8,896 nucleotides of DNA. Origin: Candidatus Wukongarchaeum yapensis (lineage in GTDB: Archaea; Asgardarchaeota; Wukongarchaeia; Wukongarchaeales; Wukongarchaeaceae). Both the position numbers and the translations under genes were made by a program. This document shows, piece after piece, positions 5,848-8,896 of the stretch (position 1 is its first letter; every line of letters starts with the position of its first letter). Below the pieces are notes generated by a model. That model did no database searches. It worked only from the letters and a program-made list of their open reading frames with translations, and was not told where the DNA came from. Location of the stretch: NCBI GenBank assembly GCA_016840425.1, contig JAEOSI010000080.1:1-8896 (forward strand). The letters run 5' to 3'.

Positions 5848-7221
5848 AAGTGTAGATTTTTCCTGCCTTTTTTCCCTACAAAAACCGGTAAACAGAGCAA
5901 TAATAGCAGAAAATCAACCATATAGTAGGGAGACTGGAATGGTGAAACTTGAAAATTTCCTTCCTAAAAACTCACAGAGGAAAAACAACAGAGAAGGGAG
6001 AAGGTAAGGAATATGAAAACGATGATTAGTTATAAGTTTAGGTTGTATCCAGACAAAAAGCAAGAGGAAAAGATGTTTGAAGTTCTTGATAGATGTAGGT
6101 TTGTCTATAACAAAATGTTAGAAGGTTTGAACAAGCAGGATAAGCCTAATAGGTTTGAGTTGCAAAACTCGCTTCCAGAGTTAAAAGAAAAATATCTGGA
6201 ATTGAAAAAAGTTTATTCTAAGGTTCTCCAATATGAATCATATAGGCTGTTTTCAAACCTTAGAAGCTTGGCGGGACTGAAGAAGAATGGTAAAAAAGTT
6301 GGGAGGCTTAGGTTCAAGGGTAAAGGATGGTTCAAAACTTTCACGTATAACCAGAGCGGGTTTAAAATCATAGAAACCAGTAAGAGACATGACTTGTTAC
6401 ATTTATCTAAAATCGGAGATATAAAGATTAGAATACATAGAAAGGTGGAAGGGAAGATAAAACAGGTAACAGTAAAGAGGTATAGTTCGGGCAGATGGTA
6501 TGCTTTTCTTTGTTACGAACAAATCATTCCCGATAAAAAAGAGGTTGAAAAAGTTGTAGGAATTGATGTGGGCATAATCCGCTACGTTACTGATACTGAC
6601 GGTAGACAAATAGAACATCCTCTTTATCTGAACAATTCTTTGAAAAGTTTGAGAAGAAATCAAAGAAAATTATCTAAGAAAAAGAAGGGATCGAACAATT
6701 ATAATAAGCAGAAAATAAAAGTTGCAAAAATGTATGAAAAGGTCAAAAACCAGAGGGATGATTTCTTACAAAAACTATCAAGGTTTTATGCTGACAATTA
6801 TGATTTTATAGCTGTCGAGAAATTAAACATAAAAGGTTTGATAAGGATAAGTTATAATGCTAGGAACGTAATGGACTCCTCTTGGAGAAAATTCGCACAA
6901 TTTCTGTCTTACAAGGCTGAAAGAGCTGGTAAGACGGTTGTAGAAGTGAATCCGAGAGGAACTACACAAGAATGTTATAAATGCGGTAAAGAAGTAAAGA
7001 AAAGCTTGGCTGTAAGAATCCACAAATGTCCTTACTGTGGGTTAGAAATTGAGAGAGACTACAATTCCTCATTTGTAGTTCTCAAAAGAGGTTTAGAAGA
7101 ACTGTTAGGGCAGGGACTGTCCGAATTTACGCCTGTGGAGATAGAACCTCTACCGAGAGAAATCTCAGCAAGTTCAGTCGTTGAAGCAGGAAGCTTTTTG
7201 CGATAGCTGGGAGCGGTTCAC
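5848..7221 (+). mobile_element. tnpB-only IS200/IS605-family element (IS1341-like), non-autonomous
   Basis: Contains tnpB and no tnpA. The right end has a subterminal hairpin and ends in TTCAC (7217-7221), typical of the family. The left boundary is inferred just after TTTAA (5843-5847), or at 5855 if the 7-nt AAGTGTA copy is host DNA, because joining there restores a clean 3' end for the HD gene. The right end is more certain than the left. Confidence 0.75.
6013..7206 (+). CDS. tnpB: TnpB RNA-guided endonuclease
   Basis: 397 aa with N-terminal YKFRLYP...RFVYN, RuvC-I GIDVG (D185), RuvC-II IAVEKL (E269), zinc finger CYKC/CPYC (C321, C324, C339, C342) and RuvC-III ERDYN (D349). Confidence 0.97.
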   Translation: MKTMISYKFRLYPDKKQEEKMFEVLDRCRFVYNKMLEGLNKQDKPNRFELQNSLPELKEKYLELKKVYSKVLQYESYRLFSNLRSLAGLKKNGKKVGRLRFKGKGWFKTFTYNQSGFKIIETSKRHDLLHLSKIGDIKIRIHRKVEGKIKQVTVKRYSSGRWYAFLCYEQIIPDKKEVEKVVGIDVGIIRYVTDTDGRQIEHPLYLNNSLKSLRRNQRKLSKKKKGSNNYNKQKIKVAKMYEKVKNQRDDFLQKLSRFYADNYDFIAVEKLNIKGLIRISYNARNVMDSSWRKFAQFLSYKAERAGKTVVEVNPRGTTQECYKCGKEVKKSLAVRIHKCPYCGLEIERDYNSSFVVLKRGLEELLGQGLSEFTPVEIEPLPREISASSVVEAGSFLR

Positions 7222-7241
7222 AAGTGTATGCTTGTAGCGAG
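7105..7241 (+). ncRNA. TnpB omegaRNA (reRNA): 3' scaffold plus guide
   Basis: Overlaps the tnpB 3' end. Visible elements are hairpin GGGCAG-gga-CTGTCC (7108-7122), CCTG (7132-7135) pairing with CAGG (7187-7190), GAAC/GTTC (7144-7147/7172-7175), GAGA-GAAA-TCTC (7155-7166), the right-end hairpin (7193-7214) and TTCAC. The predicted guide starts at 7222 (AAGUGUAUGCUUGUAGCGAG). The 5' end and guide length cannot be fixed from sequence. Confidence 0.8.
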
Positions 7242-8513
7242 TGTCGGGTCACCAAGAACTTTTTTCGCAGCTTTTTGTACCTTTTCTCTATACTTCTTTT
7301 CGCTATAAACTCTTAAAATACCGTAAAAACCGCGCATCACTTCGATAATTTTTGAGTATTCGGATAATTTTCCCCCGATTTTTCGATCTCCTTCCTCATA
7401 AAATACAGGGATCTCCATGGGTTCAAGCTCTATGCTGTGACGATAAGGTATGGATGGCAAGGTTGGCACATCGATTATCACGTTTTCTGGCGGTAAATCA
7501 GCTTTTTCTGCTATTTCCTGTTGCACACTTTCTCGAACTTTTTCCGTAGTAAAAATGCGGGAAAGCATCTCATCCTTGTGGTGTGAAACCCCCTCATACG
7601 CAACTTTTAAAAGGTTTCTTTTCCGAAGATCATCCATCAAAGTCTGCGATTCTGGTATTTCACTCAACTTCATCCATAATTTATAATCATCCCAAGAAAG
7701 ATACTCTTCAAGGGAAGGGTTTTTTAAAAGCTCTAACTCGTCTGAAGCCTTTTCAATGGCAAGAGTGATCATTAGCTGCGCTGCCCGCGAAACTTTATGA
7801 AAATAAACGCTCTTAAAACTAAACATTCTCGCCATGATAAAAGCTTCAAGGGCGGATAATGATGTAAGGTTTCCCGCTAAATTACCATCCACGACGCTTA
7901 CGGTGTAAAGAATTCTGAAAATATCAACCGCGCCATACTCTGCTCCCGAATGATAACTGTCCCGTAATATGTAATCCATTTTATCAACGTCAAGGGCGCT
8001 GGCCACAATCTGATCAAGAAACGGTTTTCCGGGCATGTTCAACCTCCCTACAGCCATGCTTGCAACCTTTCTTTTATCGATTCCTGCATCAGCTAAAATA
8101 TCCCCTATTTCTGTAGACATAATTATCTCAAAACTGAAATCTTCATGCGTTTTTCCAAGCATCTTAATAAGGTGAGGCTCAAGATTATGAGAAAAAGGAC
8201 CATGGCCCACATCATGAAGCAGTCCAGCACACTTAAACTCATAAATCTCCTCGTCGCTTATGAAAGCCTGCTCGTTCAAAACCCTTGCCATCTCTCCTGC
8301 AAGATGCATAACTCCTATCGAATGCTCAAACCTCGTATGATTTGCACCAGGATATGCATACTCAGCCCCAGAAAGCTGCTTTATACGTCTCAACCTTTGA
8401 ACAGGTAAAGTATCTATTATATCCTTCTCTAAATAAGAGATCCCCAAATAGCCAAAAATAGTATCTTTAATAAAGCTCCACGTAGCATGTTTCTTATCTG
8501 GGCTCGATTTCAT
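7218..8513 (-). CDS. HD-domain phosphohydrolase, SAMHD1-like dNTP triphosphohydrolase family
   Basis: 431 aa with QRLRRIKQLS, YPGANHTRFEHSIGV, GLLHDVGHGPFSH and LDVDKMDYILRDS, giving the full H...HD...D metal-binding set. Substrate not determinable from sequence. Confidence 0.93.
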   Translation of the reverse strand: MKSSPDKKHATWSFIKDTIFGYLGISYLEKDIIDTLPVQRLRRIKQLSGAEYAYPGANHTRFEHSIGVMHLAGEMARVLNEQAFISDEEIYEFKCAGLLHDVGHGPFSHNLEPHLIKMLGKTHEDFSFEIIMSTEIGDILADAGIDKRKVASMAVGRLNMPGKPFLDQIVASALDVDKMDYILRDSYHSGAEYGAVDIFRILYTVSVVDGNLAGNLTSLSALEAFIMARMFSFKSVYFHKVSRAAQLMITLAIEKASDELELLKNPSLEEYLSWDDYKLWMKLSEIPESQTLMDDLRKRNLLKVAYEGVSHHKDEMLSRIFTTEKVRESVQQEIAEKADLPPENVIIDVPTLPSIPYRHSIELEPMEIPVFYEEGDRKIGGKLSEYSKIIEVMRGFYGILRVYSEKKYREKVQKAAKKVLGDPTLATSIHL

Positions 8514-8579
8514 ACTAATCAGGATATAAAACTATCTCCACTAATTAAAAAGAAATCGGTTAAAAAGTATTATGAGTAT

Positions 8580-8873
8580 TCAAGGACGCAAATACGCAGC
8601 AACCTCTTCTTGAAGTTCATCTCTTAACATTAGAACAGTTTTCACCTCTATATCTTCTGCCTCTCTCACCGGGTTCTTAAGCTGTATCACGTTTCCAACA
8701 TTTTGAATATTCTCTATATCCACAGGAAATTCAACGCCAAGACCTTTAATCACCATCTCGACTTTCACAGGGTTTACACGAATCTTCACGCTACGAACAA
8801 TTCCTATCCGTCGCGCAGAACCATCGATCACCTCTTTTCCCACAAACCTACCAGGAATACTAAGCTCATACAA
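8580..8873 (-). CDS. PRC-barrel-like small protein (5' end may lie outside the window)
   Basis: FVGKEVIDGSARRIGIVRSVKI and FPVDIENIQNVGNVIQL match the PRC-barrel pattern (GxxVxDxxGxxIGxV ... IxxVGxVI). The listed start is a TTG and the frame stays open to the window edge (NNSIEAE-LYEL), so the true start is uncertain. Confidence 0.7.
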   Translation of the reverse strand: MYELSIPGRFVGKEVIDGSARRIGIVRSVKIRVNPVKVEMVIKGLGVEFPVDIENIQNVGNVIQLKNPVREAEDIEVKTVLMLRDELQEEVAAYLRP

Positions 8874-8896
8874 CTCCGCTTCAATACTGTTGTTAA

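Noticed and set aside
5855-5933. Inverted repeats 5855-5866/5906-5915 (bulged) and 5873-5879/5925-5931 as the left-end hairpin
   Set aside because: Long spacers, imperfect or short stems, and no similarity to the right-end hairpin, so they are within chance expectation.
6013-7206. TnpB as a nuclease-dead TldR-type regulator or a CRISPR-associated Cas12f
   Set aside because: All three RuvC acidic residues are present, no CRISPR array or cas gene is visible, and an IS-type right end follows the gene.
6403-8408. Short ORFs 6403-6663, 6823-7023, 7352-7549, 7450-7686, 7583-7768 and 8145-8408
   Set aside because: Antisense shadows of tnpB or the HD gene with no independent support.

Overview
Probably archaeal DNA, inferred from GGTGA(TC)-type Shine-Dalgarno sites, TATA-like boxes and the gene content. 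There are four blocks. (1) A metalloid-resistance cluster at 129-2686: acr3 (-) and a DGC-domain Cys-rich gene (+) diverge from a perfect 28-bp palindrome, followed by an unannotated decayed Fe-S-domain gene and an ArsR/SmtB regulator (-). (2) A two-gene operon at 2872-5790 (+): a UbiD-family decarboxylase and an aconitase X whose small and large subunits are fused in one chain. The pair best fits the phosphomevalonate dehydratase and anhydromevalonate-phosphate decarboxylase steps of the archaeal modified mevalonate pathway. (3) A tnpB-only IS200/IS605 element at about 5848-7221 with an intact RuvC triad and a recognisable omegaRNA. It appears to sit at a TTTAA site in the last codon of the neighbouring gene and supplies that gene's stop codon. 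(4) A SAMHD1-like HD phosphohydrolase and a PRC-barrel-like gene (-). The best leads are the single-chain archaeal-type AcnX, the tnpB junction (7-nt duplication that equals the guide seed, stop-codon replacement) and the bidirectional palindromic promoter/operator. All calls come from motif recognition by eye; no searches were run.
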